Counted from the first letter of the stretch, positions 49,675 through 60,102 are shown. The stretch: 64,000 bases of DNA from an uncultured Bacteroidales bacterium (GCA_964453995.1 CAYVQC010000010.1:21509-85508), one strand, 5' to 3'. Notes: a model not told the origin generated them from the letters alone. Translations and numbers: made by a program.

Positions 49675-50412
49675 TCAATCTAACAAAATGATAAGGATCA
49701 CAGAAATATTATCTCTGCCTCCCTTTCGTTTGGCCTCTTCCACCAGAGCCCTGGCATTCTTTTCCTGCATCAACTCCTTAATCCTGTCAGTGTCTAACAT
49801 ATCCGTAAGCCCATCGCTGCAAATCAGAAAAACATTACCTGGTTTTTTATATTCCGTAACATTTTCAACCTCTATCATCGGGTTGCTTATAGCACCAATG
49901 CAATTTACAAGCAAGCCTGCATTCAAACCTTGTAATCCGGTAGTTTCACCCAGGGTATGGTCCCGGGTGATCTGAATAAGATCTTTTCCTGTATAAAAAA
50001 AAGTTTTGCTGTCACCGGCATTGAACACAAATATTTCGTTACTGCCAAAAAACAGTCCACTAAGGGTGGTACCCATATCTTTATAGGCGGGATTTTCTTT
50101 CCCGGCGGCTCTAAGGTCTGTGTGAATTTTTGTCAACCAGGAGGCAAGCTCTTCTTCAAAAGCAGAAAAGGTAATAGCAGAGCTACAGTTTTCGGCAAAC
50201 TCATTTAAACTTGTAAGCACCATTTTACTGGCCACCTCTCCGGCACTGTGCCCGCCCATACCATCAGCTACTGCAAACAATGCTCCACCATTCATTTCAA
50301 ACTCCATTTCAGAAGAAGCATCTGTAAATATCTTCCCCGGCAACAGAATATGATCTTCATTATTGGTTCTTAAACAACCCTTGTCGCAAATTGCTTCAAC
50401 TCTCAGGTTCAT
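49675..50412 (-). CDS. PP2C-type Ser/Thr protein phosphatase
   Basis: RTNNED, VADGMGGH, MGTT, NAGDS, TRDH, CSDGL, GGRDNIS. Confidence 0.92.
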   Translation of the reverse strand: MNLRVEAICDKGCLRTNNEDHILLPGKIFTDASSEMEFEMNGGALFAVADGMGGHSAGEVASKMVLTSLNEFAENCSSAITFSAFEEELASWLTKIHTDLRAAGKENPAYKDMGTTLSGLFFGSNEIFVFNAGDSKTFFYTGKDLIQITRDHTLGETTGLQGLNAGLLVNCIGAISNPMIEVENVTEYKKPGNVFLICSDGLTDMLDTDRIKELMQEKNARALVEEAKRKGGRDNISVILIILLD

Positions 50413-50618
50413 GAAAAATAATTTTTTATACTATGCAAACGGCCCAAAGATATTAATATATTCCTAATTCTTCTTTGTCGATTTTTGTACCCAAAAATAC
50501 GCAAGCCCTCCATGCTCTCAGTCATCGGAAAGATTCCGTAGCTGGCTGATACCGGGTTTTTAAAAGTCATTTCGGGTGGTTAAATCAAGTTTGCGGTTTT
50601 GAAATTCACTCCTATAAT

Positions 50619-50647
50619 AGGGTAAAAGATAGTTTTATCTCTACCCT
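50619..50647. promoter_or_regulatory. Imperfect inverted repeat upstream of rrf2
   Basis: AGGGTAAAAGATA-GTTT-TATCTCTACCCT. Confidence 0.4.
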
Positions 50648-50718
50648 TTTTCTTAAATAATTAAAATTTAAATTTACTATGCCATTCATTTACTGATAAT
50701 TACATTTTTCATCTCACT

Positions 50719-50790
50719 ATTGTGGTAATTTAATACCACAATTCCTTTTTCATTTCAAAAAACATTTATACATTTGCGTATTCTTTTACC
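50719..50790 (+). promoter_or_regulatory. rrf2 promoter with candidate operators
   Basis: Palindrome ATTGTGGTA-N6-TACCACAAT (50719-50742); -7 element TACATTTG (50769-50776); second site CGTA-N6-TACC (50777-50790). Confidence 0.6.
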
Positions 50791-50811
50791 TGTTTACCTA
50801 TTTACAAAAAC

Positions 50812-51210
50812 ATGAGCAAAATCTTCAACATATCAGAAGCCGCCACGATCGCTCTTCATTCGATGGGCCTGATTGCACGCAGTGAAAAGCTTATTAATGC
50901 GCAGGAGATAGCTGATGTAACCGGTTTTTCAAAAAACCATATTGCGAAGATTTTGCAACAGCTGGTCAAGAACGGATACCTGATCTCTACCCGCGGACCC
51001 AAGGGAGGATTTGTGGTAAGTGAAAAAGCCAAAGATGTAAGCTTGCTTGACATTTACAAAGCCATAGAAGGTGACCTTGAAGATACCCCCAATTGCAAAA
51101 TGCAATGCGAGAACTGTCCTTTCAATTCTTGCATTTTTGGAGGTCTTGAGCAAAAGTTTTCCCGGGAATTCAGAAATTATCTTACAAACAAAAAAGTAGC
51201 AGAACTATAA
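50812..51210 (+). CDS. Rrf2 family transcriptional regulator with a Cys-rich C-terminal motif
   Basis: IALHSM, HTH HIAKILQQL, STRGPKGGF, LLDIYKAIEG, CKMQCENCPFNSC. Confidence 0.92.
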   Translation: MSKIFNISEAATIALHSMGLIARSEKLINAQEIADVTGFSKNHIAKILQQLVKNGYLISTRGPKGGFVVSEKAKDVSLLDIYKAIEGDLEDTPNCKMQCENCPFNSCIFGGLEQKFSREFRNYLTNKKVAEL

Positions 51211-51234
51211 AAAATCCCCATAATCTAAGAGAAA

Positions 51235-52140
51235 ATGAAAAGAACAATCATAAAAATCGACGAGGAACTCTGCAATGGCTGTGGCCTGTGCATTGATGGC
51301 TGTCACGAAGGAGCCCTCCAACTTATTGATGGCAAAGCCCGCATGATCAGTGATTTGTATTGCGATGGCCTGGGAGCTTGCATAGGCGATTGCCCTGTTG
51401 GGGCGATTACCCTCGAAGAGCGCGAAGCCGAAGCTTACGATGAGATCAAGGTAATGAACCGTATCTCTCCCAAAGGAGAAGCGACCATAGTAGCACATCT
51501 CAACCACCTGATCGACCACAAACAGGATGAATTTGTTGAGCAGGGTATCCGCTATATTATTGACAACAACCTGAAAGTTGACCTCACCAAACTGAAAAAC
51601 CACAACGGAAATCAAGTATCACAAAAAGAAGAACAACCCATGAAAGAAATGATCAAAGAAGAAATGCATGCACACCAGGGTGGCGGTTGCCCCGGATCAC
51701 GAATGATGTCTTTCAACCAACCCCAGGGCAAAGCTCCGGCAGCCACCACCGATCAACCCTCAGAATTAAGGCAGTGGCCGGTTCAGATGCACCTTGTAAA
51801 TCCACAGGCACCATATTTTCAAAATGCCGATGTACTGATGGCAGCCGATTGTGTTGCATTTTCCATGGGAAATTTTCACAGCAAATATCTCAAAGACAAA
51901 GGTTTGGCCATTGCCTGCCCCAAGCTGGACCATGGCAAAGACATCTATGTTGACAAGCTCACCGCTATGATTGATACCGCTAAGATAAACACTCTTACCG
52001 TTATGATCATGGAAGTGCCCTGTTGCTCAGGATTGTTGCAAATCGCCAAGCTGGCCACCGAAAAAGCCTCTCGTAAAGTGCCTGTAAAAGCTCTTGTAGT
52101 AGGGCTTGATGGTGAGATAAGAAGTGAGGAATGGATTTAA
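51235..52140 (+). CDS. 4Fe-4S dicluster protein of the hcp-associated type
   Basis: CNGCGLCIDGC, CDGLGACIGDCP, GGCPGS, LRQWPVQ, ADC, ACPKLD, MEVPCC. Confidence 0.88.
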   Translation: MKRTIIKIDEELCNGCGLCIDGCHEGALQLIDGKARMISDLYCDGLGACIGDCPVGAITLEEREAEAYDEIKVMNRISPKGEATIVAHLNHLIDHKQDEFVEQGIRYIIDNNLKVDLTKLKNHNGNQVSQKEEQPMKEMIKEEMHAHQGGGCPGSRMMSFNQPQGKAPAATTDQPSELRQWPVQMHLVNPQAPYFQNADVLMAADCVAFSMGNFHSKYLKDKGLAIACPKLDHGKDIYVDKLTAMIDTAKINTLTVMIMEVPCCSGLLQIAKLATEKASRKVPVKALVVGLDGEIRSEEWI

Positions 52141-52388
52141 CAGAAAAGACAGAATAAAACCGGAAGTTCAGGGAAATGAAATAAGGAATAAAAAGTGAAA
52201 AGATGTAAACTTTCCCTTAATGTCTAACCTTGAGCTTCCAAAGCTAAACTAAATTACATAAAATAGAATCATTTAACTTTTATATATCAAAGTTTAACGA
52301 CAAAAATTAATCTGTTAAAGAGAATATCGTTCTTTAGAGCACAGTCAAACAAAAAAAAATTGAACTAACTAAAAAGGAGACTAAAATT

Positions 52389-54047
52389 ATGAGTATGTTT
52401 TGTTATCAATGTCAGGAAGCCGCAAAAGGAGTAGGATGCACAGTAAAAGGCGTTTGTGGCAAGGAGCCGGAGTTGGCAAATATTATGGATGTACTGATGT
52501 ACCAACTCAGAGGTATAGCGGTGTTGAACAAAACAGCCAGGGAAAATGGTTTGGATACCTCAGCCGAAGACCGGTTTATTTTTGAAGGCCTGTTTATGAC
52601 CATCACCAATGCCAACTTCGACCATCAGCGGTTTATTGACAAGATCCGCGAGGGTTTCCAACTCAGATTGGCCCTGGAAAAGAAACTGGAAGAAGCCGGC
52701 GTTACCGTCAACAGGGAAGCGTTGCCCGAAGCCGCTACCTGGTATGCCAATACACCTGACGAATATGAAAGAAAAGCACAGCAGGTGGGAGTATTGCAAA
52801 TGAGTGAAAATGTAGACATCCGCTCTTTGCGCGAACTGATGATCTACGGCCTGAAAGGTATGGCAGCCTATGCTGAACATGCTTTCAACCTGGGCCATGT
52901 AGAGCAGGATATCTTTGATTTTATGTCCAAAGCTCTGGCTGCTACCCTTGACGACAGCATTGGTGCCGAAGAACTCACCGCAATGGTTTTGGAAACCGGA
53001 TCATATGGTGTAAAGGTTATGGCCCTGCTTGACAAGGCAAACACCTCGGCTTATGGTAATCCGGAAATTACCACGGTAAATCTTGGGGTTCGAAACAATC
53101 CTGCTATCCTTATCAGCGGACACGATCTGCGCGACATGGAAGACCTGCTCATCCAGACCGAAGGTACAGGAGTAGATGTTTATACCCACTCCGAGATGCT
53201 GCCTGCCAATTACTATCCCGCTTTTAAAAAGTATGACCACTTCGTGGGCAACTACGGCAGCTCATGGTGGAAGCAAAGAGAGGAATTTGAAACCTTCAAT
53301 GGCCCTGTTCTCTTCACCACAAACTGTATTGTTCCCCCCTTAAAAAGTGCAACCTATACCGACCGTATATATACTACCGGTTCGTCAGGTTTGAAAGGGA
53401 GCAAACACATCCCTGACCGTCCCGAAGGAGGACGCAAGGATTTCTCTGCCATTATTGAGCATGCAAAACAATGCCCTCCCCCTACCGAAATTGAAACCGG
53501 GGAGATTGTTGGAGGATTTGCTCACAACCAGGTAATGCAGCTGGCCGATAAAGTGGTTGATGCTGTAAAATCAGGCGCCATCCGCAAATTCTTTGTAATG
53601 GCAGGATGTGACGGCCGTATGAAAAGCCGTGAGTACTACACTGAGTTTGCCGAAGCATTACCCAAAGATACTGTAATCCTTACTGCAGGTTGTGCCAAGT
53701 ACCGCTACAACAAACTGCCCCTGGGCGATATAGGTGGTATTCCAAGGGTATTGGATGCCGGCCAGTGCAACGATTCTTATTCACTGGCAGTAATTGCCCT
53801 CAAACTCAAGGAAGTATTCGAACTCAACGATATCAACGAGTTGCCAATTGCATACAACATTGCATGGTATGAGCAAAAAGCCGTTATTGTTTTGTTGGCA
53901 TTACTTTCTCTCGGGGTGAAAAATATCCACCTCGGACCCACCCTGCCTGCATTCCTTTCACCCAATGTAGCCAATGTACTGGTTGAAAACTTCGGAATCG
54001 CTCCCATCGGCACTGTGGATGAAGACATGAAACTGTTCCTCAACTGA
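52389..54047 (+). CDS. hcp: Hybrid cluster protein (hydroxylamine/NO reductase)
   Basis: [54 protein letters not shown]. Confidence 0.97.
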   Translation: MSMFCYQCQEAAKGVGCTVKGVCGKEPELANIMDVLMYQLRGIAVLNKTARENGLDTSAEDRFIFEGLFMTITNANFDHQRFIDKIREGFQLRLALEKKLEEAGVTVNREALPEAATWYANTPDEYERKAQQVGVLQMSENVDIRSLRELMIYGLKGMAAYAEHAFNLGHVEQDIFDFMSKALAATLDDSIGAEELTAMVLETGSYGVKVMALLDKANTSAYGNPEITTVNLGVRNNPAILISGHDLRDMEDLLIQTEGTGVDVYTHSEMLPANYYPAFKKYDHFVGNYGSSWWKQREEFETFNGPVLFTTNCIVPPLKSATYTDRIYTTGSSGLKGSKHIPDRPEGGRKDFSAIIEHAKQCPPPTEIETGEIVGGFAHNQVMQLADKVVDAVKSGAIRKFFVMAGCDGRMKSREYYTEFAEALPKDTVILTAGCAKYRYNKLPLGDIGGIPRVLDAGQCNDSYSLAVIALKLKEVFELNDINELPIAYNIAWYEQKAVIVLLALLSLGVKNIHLGPTLPAFLSPNVANVLVENFGIAPIGTVDEDMKLFLN

Positions 54048-54062
54048 TCCGATCCAATAAGC

Positions 54063-54100
54063 AAACCTTGGAGGTTTTAAGTAACCTTCAAGGTTTTTTT
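54063..54100 (+). terminator. Intrinsic terminator after hcp
   Basis: AAACCTTGGAGGTT-TTAAGT-AACCTTCAAGGTTTTTTT. Confidence 0.75.
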
Positions 54101-54188
54101 CATTTTATGCAAGTGTAAAGCACGTTATTTTCAAGCCTTTACGGTTTTATCAGGCCAAACCTATTTATCACCTCAAAATCAAAACGCT

Positions 54189-55427
54189 ATGATAAAAAAA
54201 GTACTTATCGCTATCGCATTGCTGCTATTTATCAGCACAAGTATCCGGGCACAATACTCCCTTTCCGGAGAATTCAGACCCCGGTCCGAATACCGTCATG
54301 GATTTGGTAGCCTGGCCAGCCCAGGTGACGATGCCGCCTTTTTTATTTCCCAGAGGACACGATTGAATTTCGGATATAACAACACCGATGTAAAGGTTTT
54401 CATTAGTTTGCAGGATATAAGGGTTTGGGGAGAAGTACCCCAGCTCAATCGTTCTGATCTTAATACATCCATTCATGAAGCCTGGGCTGAGTTTCCCCTC
54501 AGCAGTGTGTTATCACTGAAACTGGGTCGCCAGGAGGTGCTCTACGACAATGTAAGAATATTTGGAAATGTAGACTGGGCACAGCAAGGCCGCAGCCACG
54601 ATATGGCCCTGGCAAAACTAAATCTGCCCTCGGGCATCAAAGTGCATGCTGGATTTGCCTTCAACCAGGAGGCCGAAAAAAGAGTAGCTACCTTCTACCC
54701 TCTCAGCAATTACAAAACACTGCAATACCTCTGGCTAAACTATAAACCCAATAACACCGGAATCAGTTTTATGGCATTAAACCTGGGTTTCCAGGAAAAC
54801 GACAACAATACCGCCTTCAACCAAACCCTGGGTACCTTTATCACCCATAGCATTGGCCGCACCCAACTGGAAGGGTCTTTTTACTACCAGATGGGGAAAG
54901 ATCCCTCCAACAGGGATCTGAATGCATGGTACCTGGGTGCAGAAGCAAGAGCTCCCATGAGTGAAAAGTGGATGGCCAGGGGTGGTATTGAGTTACTCTC
55001 CGGAACAGACATGCAGCAAACAGAGCAGAACCAATCATTTACTCCGTGGTTTGGCACCAATCATAAATTCAACGGGCACATGGACTACTTTTATGTGGGA
55101 AACCATATAAATAATGTGGGACTGAGTGATGTGTACATTTCCGTTAATTATAATTACGCCAGGTGGCTTGCCATGGCAACCCTTCACAATTTCTGGGCAG
55201 AAGGGAATGTTACCGCGGCAGATGATCCTTCCCAAAGCATGAAAGCCTACCTGGGTACCGAAATCGATTTTATGGTAGGCTATGCCATCAATCCCGCAGT
55301 GGCTTTCAGGATGGGATACTCTCAAATGTTTGCCACCGAAACCATGGAACGGATCAAAGGAGGCAGCAAGGATGAAACCCAGAACTGGGCCTGGGCAATG
55401 ATTATCATCAAACCCCGGTTTATATAA
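54189..55427 (+). CDS. Alginate-export-family outer-membrane beta-barrel
   Basis: Signal peptide; RPRSEYRHG, QRTRL, QDIRVWG, GRQE..YD..RIFG..DWAQQGRSHD, GTNHKFNGHMD. Confidence 0.8.
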   Translation: MIKKVLIAIALLLFISTSIRAQYSLSGEFRPRSEYRHGFGSLASPGDDAAFFISQRTRLNFGYNNTDVKVFISLQDIRVWGEVPQLNRSDLNTSIHEAWAEFPLSSVLSLKLGRQEVLYDNVRIFGNVDWAQQGRSHDMALAKLNLPSGIKVHAGFAFNQEAEKRVATFYPLSNYKTLQYLWLNYKPNNTGISFMALNLGFQENDNNTAFNQTLGTFITHSIGRTQLEGSFYYQMGKDPSNRDLNAWYLGAEARAPMSEKWMARGGIELLSGTDMQQTEQNQSFTPWFGTNHKFNGHMDYFYVGNHINNVGLSDVYISVNYNYARWLAMATLHNFWAEGNVTAADDPSQSMKAYLGTEIDFMVGYAINPAVAFRMGYSQMFATETMERIKGGSKDETQNWAWAMIIIKPRFI

Positions 55428-55512
55428 AAAGCCTTTGAAACGGCAGAGCCTAAAGGGAATACTTCCCTGCAGCATTATCGTTTCATGGCTATCATCATAA
55501 AATTTTTTTGCT

Positions 55513-55704
55513 ATGAACAGAGAAGATATTATATGCACATGCCTCGACATTACCAAAGGTACGGTTGAGGATGCCATTAAAAGTAAAAAACTTAAAAGCG
55601 TGCAGCAGGTGCAGGATGAAACCGAAGCAGGCACAATATGCGGTGGTTGCGTTGACGATATCTACCTGCTGCTGGAAGAGATCAATGGAAAAGTAGAAGA
55701 CTGA
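55513..55704 (+). CDS. BFD-like [2Fe-2S]-binding protein
   Basis: ICTC...TEAGTICGGC. Confidence 0.85.
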   Translation: MNREDIICTCLDITKGTVEDAIKSKKLKSVQQVQDETEAGTICGGCVDDIYLLLEEINGKVED

Positions 55705-55789
55705 GGTAACAGAACAATACTTTCACCCTTTGAGCTTTCATCTTCAACCTTTATTTTATTCAATTCATTAAACTTAAAAATCATAACCC

Positions 55790-56116
55790 ATGAGTAATTT
55801 CAATCATAGTACAGTTATCAATTTCAGGAAAGATATTTCATATTCCGAAAATAGTGTGGTAAGCAAGCGAGTACTCGAAAAATCGACAGGAAACATCAGC
55901 CTTTTTGCCTTTGACAAAGGGCAGCGCCTGAGCGAACACTCTGCTCCTTTCGATGCCATGGTACAATGTGTGGAAGGAAAAGTGGAGATTACCATTGACA
56001 AAAAGCCTTATGTGCTGGAAGAAGGGCAAACTATTATCATGCCTGCCAACATTCCACACGCTTTGCTGGCAGTAGAAAAATTCAAAATGCTGCTGACTAT
56101 GATCAAAGGAAACTGA
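55790..56116 (+). CDS. Cupin domain protein
   Basis: LFAFDKGQRLSEHSAPFDA, MPANIPHAL.A...FKMLL. Confidence 0.88.
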   Translation: MSNFNHSTVINFRKDISYSENSVVSKRVLEKSTGNISLFAFDKGQRLSEHSAPFDAMVQCVEGKVEITIDKKPYVLEEGQTIIMPANIPHALLAVEKFKMLLTMIKGN

Positions 56117-56217
56117 TGGTTGTTTTCAATGATTAGTTTTTAACTATCAATGCTCATATCTCAGAAAGTTATTTTCGAACGGGTATACACCCCGGCAAGC
56201 TCACAACCCATAATCCA

Positions 56218-56291
56218 CCGGGTCACTGAGCCTGTCGATGTGAGCCCGTCAAAGGAACCTGCCAACCCGGTCACCGAGCTCGTCGAAGTGA
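56218..56291 (+). repeat. Two direct copies of a Bacteroidota REP-like palindromic element
   Basis: GGTCACTGAGCCTGTCGATGTGA and GGTCACCGAGCTCGTCGAAGTGA. Confidence 0.55.
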
Positions 56292-56353
56292 ACCTGTCTA
56301 AGTGATTATCCCATACGTTATAGTTTTCACTTATTCCCAAAAACCTCTCAAAC

Positions 56354-57901
56354 TTGAAAGCCTTCCAATTCCTCCACCGTTGGCTGGGTATTCTTGCAGC
56401 CGTTTTTATCCTCTTATTTGCCCTGAGCGGTATTGTACTTAACCATCGCAGCTCTTTCTCTGCAATTGCTATAAACCGCCAATGGCTGCCCAAAACCAAT
56501 CAATACCACAACTGGAACCTGGCTGCCGTAAAATCGGCAACCGGCATTGGGAATGACAGCCTACTAGTTTACGGAAATGTGGGCATTTGGCTCACCGACA
56601 GTACAATGACAGGATTCACTCCATTTTACCAGGGCATACGTCGTGGTGCCGACAACAGGCGCACTGCTTCCATCGTCAAAACCCCCTCGGGAAGCATTCT
56701 TGCAGGTACCATGTCGGGGTTATATGTATTGAAAAACAAAAACTGGCACCCTTTGCCTTTACCGGTAAAGGAAAAAAGAATTACCGGAATTACCGCCCGT
56801 GGAGAGGATATATGGGTCACTACCCGCTCCAACCTGCTTCTTTTGCAGGAAAAAAGAAGTGATTTTTCAACCCTGGAAGTACCCCTTCCCCATCCTTCTG
56901 ATTTTAAAAGAGAAACCAGCCTCTTCAGGGCATTATGGGTGATCCATAGTGGCAAAATACTTGGTCTGCCGGGCAAGCTGCTGGTTGATCTTATGGGGGT
57001 GGTGATGATTTTCCTGAGCCTTACAGGCATTATCTGGTTTGTGGCCCCCGATATGATGAAGGCACTCAGGAAAAGGATAACAGCCCGCAAACGTATGGTC
57101 CGGGTAAACCGTTTCAGCCTGAAATGGCACAACAAGCTTGGGATCTGGACTCTGGCCTTTCTTATTATCCTTACCATAACGGGTATGTTCCTTAGGCCGC
57201 CATTGCTCATTGCTATTGTTCGCAGCACCTTCCCGGCAGTAAAATTCACCATCCTCGACCACCCCAATCCATGGTACGATAAGCTGCGCGACATAAAGCA
57301 CGACAGGCTCAGCGGCGGTTTTATTCTTTCCACTTCCCAGGGCTTTTACTTTGCAGAGCCTACTTTTTCCGATTCATTGGTGCCTCTGCCTTACCAGCCA
57401 CCCATCAGCGTTATGGGAATCAATGTATTTGAACAACCTGCCGATGGAGTTTTCATTACCGGTTCTTTCAGTGGCATTCACCGCTGGGTGCCGGCTGCTA
57501 TGCATATCAACGATTTCATTACAGGAGCTCCCGTTACACCGACAAGAGGAATGGCAAACCCGTTTGGTTCCATCCCTGTGGCAGGCTATATCAACCTGGG
57601 CGAGAAAGGTGAGTTTCTGTTTGACTACAATGCCGGCATTGTTTCCCTAACCAGGGGAATCACGGCTCCTGAAATGCCCCAGGAAGTGATAAAGAACTCT
57701 CCCATGCCCTTATGGAACCTTGCCCTCGAAGTGCACACCGGACGGTTTTATTCTTTCGTGCTCGGAAAATACTATATCCTTTTCATTCCCCTGGCAGGGC
57801 TGGTAATCCTCATCATCCTGGTAAGTGGCGGTTTTTTGTGGTGGAAGGACTATCGAAGAAAGAAAAAACGGGCAGCATCCGGTTTGCTTGTCCGCGATTA
57901 A
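56354..57901 (+). CDS. PepSY-associated TM helix protein with a periplasmic propeller-like domain
   Basis: LHRWLG..SGIVLNH, IHSG, WHNKLG..TGMFL, EVHTGR; TTG start. Confidence 0.8.
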   Translation: MKAFQFLHRWLGILAAVFILLFALSGIVLNHRSSFSAIAINRQWLPKTNQYHNWNLAAVKSATGIGNDSLLVYGNVGIWLTDSTMTGFTPFYQGIRRGADNRRTASIVKTPSGSILAGTMSGLYVLKNKNWHPLPLPVKEKRITGITARGEDIWVTTRSNLLLLQEKRSDFSTLEVPLPHPSDFKRETSLFRALWVIHSGKILGLPGKLLVDLMGVVMIFLSLTGIIWFVAPDMMKALRKRITARKRMVRVNRFSLKWHNKLGIWTLAFLIILTITGMFLRPPLLIAIVRSTFPAVKFTILDHPNPWYDKLRDIKHDRLSGGFILSTSQGFYFAEPTFSDSLVPLPYQPPISVMGINVFEQPADGVFITGSFSGIHRWVPAAMHINDFITGAPVTPTRGMANPFGSIPVAGYINLGEKGEFLFDYNAGIVSLTRGITAPEMPQEVIKNSPMPLWNLALEVHTGRFYSFVLGKYYILFIPLAGLVILIILVSGGFLWWKDYRRKKKRAASGLLVRD

Positions 57902-57927
57902 TAATTAACCCCTCTCAACAAAAAAAT

Positions 57928-58238
57928 ATGATACTAAAAAACACTCCCGGGGAAGCTTCACAGGCAGATGCACCCATTGATGGCCGCATTATGTTCAGCA
58001 ATGAAAAGGCCGAATGTATCCTGATAACACTCAGGCCGGGAGAGGGCATTCCGGCACATAAAAATCCTCTTGATGTTGTTTTTATCGGGATGGAGGTAGC
58101 GCTCTCATGTGCACCTCATCACAAAACTTAACGATTGGACCTTGTGAAACACTTTATGTGAGCAGAGATGAAGAACGGATGCTACAAAACCTAACCAGGA
58201 CGGTTGTAAAGGTAATGGTGATGAAATTGCTCCGGTGA
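57928..58238 (+). pseudogene. Cupin domain gene with a 1-bp frameshift (or sequencing error)
   Basis: MILK...LRPGEGIPAHKNPLDVVFIGME, then a frame change at ~58095 continues GSALMCTSSQNLTIGPCETLYVSRDEERMLQNLTRTVVKVMVMKLLR*. The span is 311 nt; one extra base gives 103 aa plus stop. Confidence 0.8.
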
Positions 58239-58296
58239 GCCTTGCTGCAGTTGAAAAAATCCTGTACATTTACCCTCATTCAAAAAATGATTCCGT

Positions 58297-58896
58297 ATGA
58301 AAGGATTTGTTAAACCATGCATGATGTTTTTTTTCACCATGCTTTCAATTTCTGCTATTATGAGCCAGCCACCTGCCAACGATTTCTTCTCCGTAATCCA
58401 CAGTCGCAAAAGTGTACGAGAATATCTTCCTGACTCTGTACCCGCCGAAAAGATTGAAACCATGCTGAGGGCAGCCATGGCCGCCCCCACAGCCCGAAAT
58501 ATTCAGCCCTGGCAGTTTTTCGTGATCACCCGCCGCGAAGTACTCGACCAGTTGGCCCAGGACCTTCCCTACGCCAAAATGCTGGCCAACGCACCGCTGG
58601 CAATAGTAGTGGCCGGCGATACCCGCAAGGGAAACCCCAATGAAGAACAAATTCACAACTGGAAGCTCGATTGTGCTGCTGCCACCCAAAACCTGCTGCT
58701 GGCAGCAGAAGCCCTGGGGCTGGGAGCCGTTTGGACAGGCGTTTATCCTTACAGTGCAAGGATTCAGGCAGTAAGCAATGCCCTTGATCTGCCTTCCCAC
58801 ATCGTTCCGCTCAATATCATTCCCATCGGTTATCCTGCTGGTGATGCTTCACCTAAAGACAAATGGGATCCGGAAAAGATAATGTATGTGGAATAA
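58297..58896 (+). CDS. Nitroreductase family protein with a probable signal peptide
   Basis: RKSVREY, AAMAAPTARNIQPWQF, DCAAATQNLLLAAEALGLGAVW, IGYP. Confidence 0.9.
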   Translation: MKGFVKPCMMFFFTMLSISAIMSQPPANDFFSVIHSRKSVREYLPDSVPAEKIETMLRAAMAAPTARNIQPWQFFVITRREVLDQLAQDLPYAKMLANAPLAIVVAGDTRKGNPNEEQIHNWKLDCAAATQNLLLAAEALGLGAVWTGVYPYSARIQAVSNALDLPSHIVPLNIIPIGYPAGDASPKDKWDPEKIMYVE

Positions 58897-58921
58897 TAAA
58901 AATTCTAAGGGTGAACCATCA

Positions 58922-59794
58922 CTACAAAACCGCCCTCACCATCCTATCCTTTCCAAAGAGATCCCTCTTTACCTTAGCCTGGCTAAACCCAATGGAAAGC
59001 AACAACTCAACAGTTTGCATGCCCAGTGCCTCATTGATCTCGAGGTATAAAAACCCATGCGGTGACAATGATGTAAGGGCAGTTTCGCCTATAGACCGAT
59101 AAAATTTAAGGGGATCATGGTCTGGCACAAACAGCGCAAGATGAGGATCATGCAACAAAACATTGTTGCGTATCAAAGGCTTTTCCGATTCGCGCACATA
59201 GGGTGGATTGCTCACTATAATATCAAAAGAACCTTCAGGGGGAGCATCATTGAGAATGTCATGCAAGAGAAACTGAACACCAGTAATGTATTTCATACTG
59301 TTCTCCCTGGCTATTGCCAACGCTTTTTCACTTACATCTGAAGCCAGCACCTCTGCCCCTTGAAGTTCTGTTGCAAGACTGAGTGCTATCGCACCCGAAC
59401 CAGTACCAATATCCCAAATTCGCAGTGATCTTCCCCTTCCTTTTTCAGCAATATCATCCAGAATCCATTGTACCAGTTCTTCCGTTTCGGGTCGGGGAAT
59501 GAGCACATCACCATTAACTTTGAGCACCAGATCACGAAAGTGGGCAACCCCCGTTATGTGCTGCAACGGAACATCATTGTTGAGTTTTTTGAGCACCCGG
59601 TAAAGATTCACAATGTCTGATTCAGAAATACGCCACCCTCTGTTCACCTGCAGGTCGACAGCAGAAAAGCCGAGCATTTCTTCAAAAACCACACCTCCAA
59701 TGGCCCTGGCTTCCCTGGGTTCATATTTTTCGGCAATGCCCTGGCAAAACCACTCAAAAACCCCGGCAAGGGTATTGTTTTTCAATCCTTTCAT
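58922..59794 (-). CDS. prmC: Release factor glutamine methyltransferase
   Basis: PLQHI, VLIPRPETEELV, DIGTGSGAIA, VSNPPY, EINE; ATG at 59794 preferred. Confidence 0.93.
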   Translation of the reverse strand: MKGLKNNTLAGVFEWFCQGIAEKYEPREARAIGGVVFEEMLGFSAVDLQVNRGWRISESDIVNLYRVLKKLNNDVPLQHITGVAHFRDLVLKVNGDVLIPRPETEELVQWILDDIAEKGRGRSLRIWDIGTGSGAIALSLATELQGAEVLASDVSEKALAIARENSMKYITGVQFLLHDILNDAPPEGSFDIIVSNPPYVRESEKPLIRNNVLLHDPHLALFVPDHDPLKFYRSIGETALTSLSPHGFLYLEINEALGMQTVELLLSIGFSQAKVKRDLFGKDRMVRAVL

Positions 59795-60102
59795 ACTTTG
59801 TGGTATAATGATCTGCTGAAAATTGATGTATGGCAAAAGTATTTCTATTTCGGCAAACCGGCAAGTGGATATTTTCATTTTCAACAGGTTGCAGCAAGCC
59901 TTACAATCTTGTTAAAGTACATAAATTCACCTTGTTATCATGATTATTTATAATAAATATAAATAGTCCTGAAAATTTGGAAAACTTAACAAAAATCAAT
60001 TTCTTTGTGCAGGAAGTTTATGTGAACAAGAGGGAATTGTCCCACAAATGCAGCTATTTCTCAGGCTTATTAATCCGTGTCATCAATTAAATCCGGATCA
60101 AG

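Noticed and set aside
57301..57313. CGACAGGCTCAGC as an inverted REP copy
   Set aside because: It is a short match inside an intact reading frame and is probably chance.
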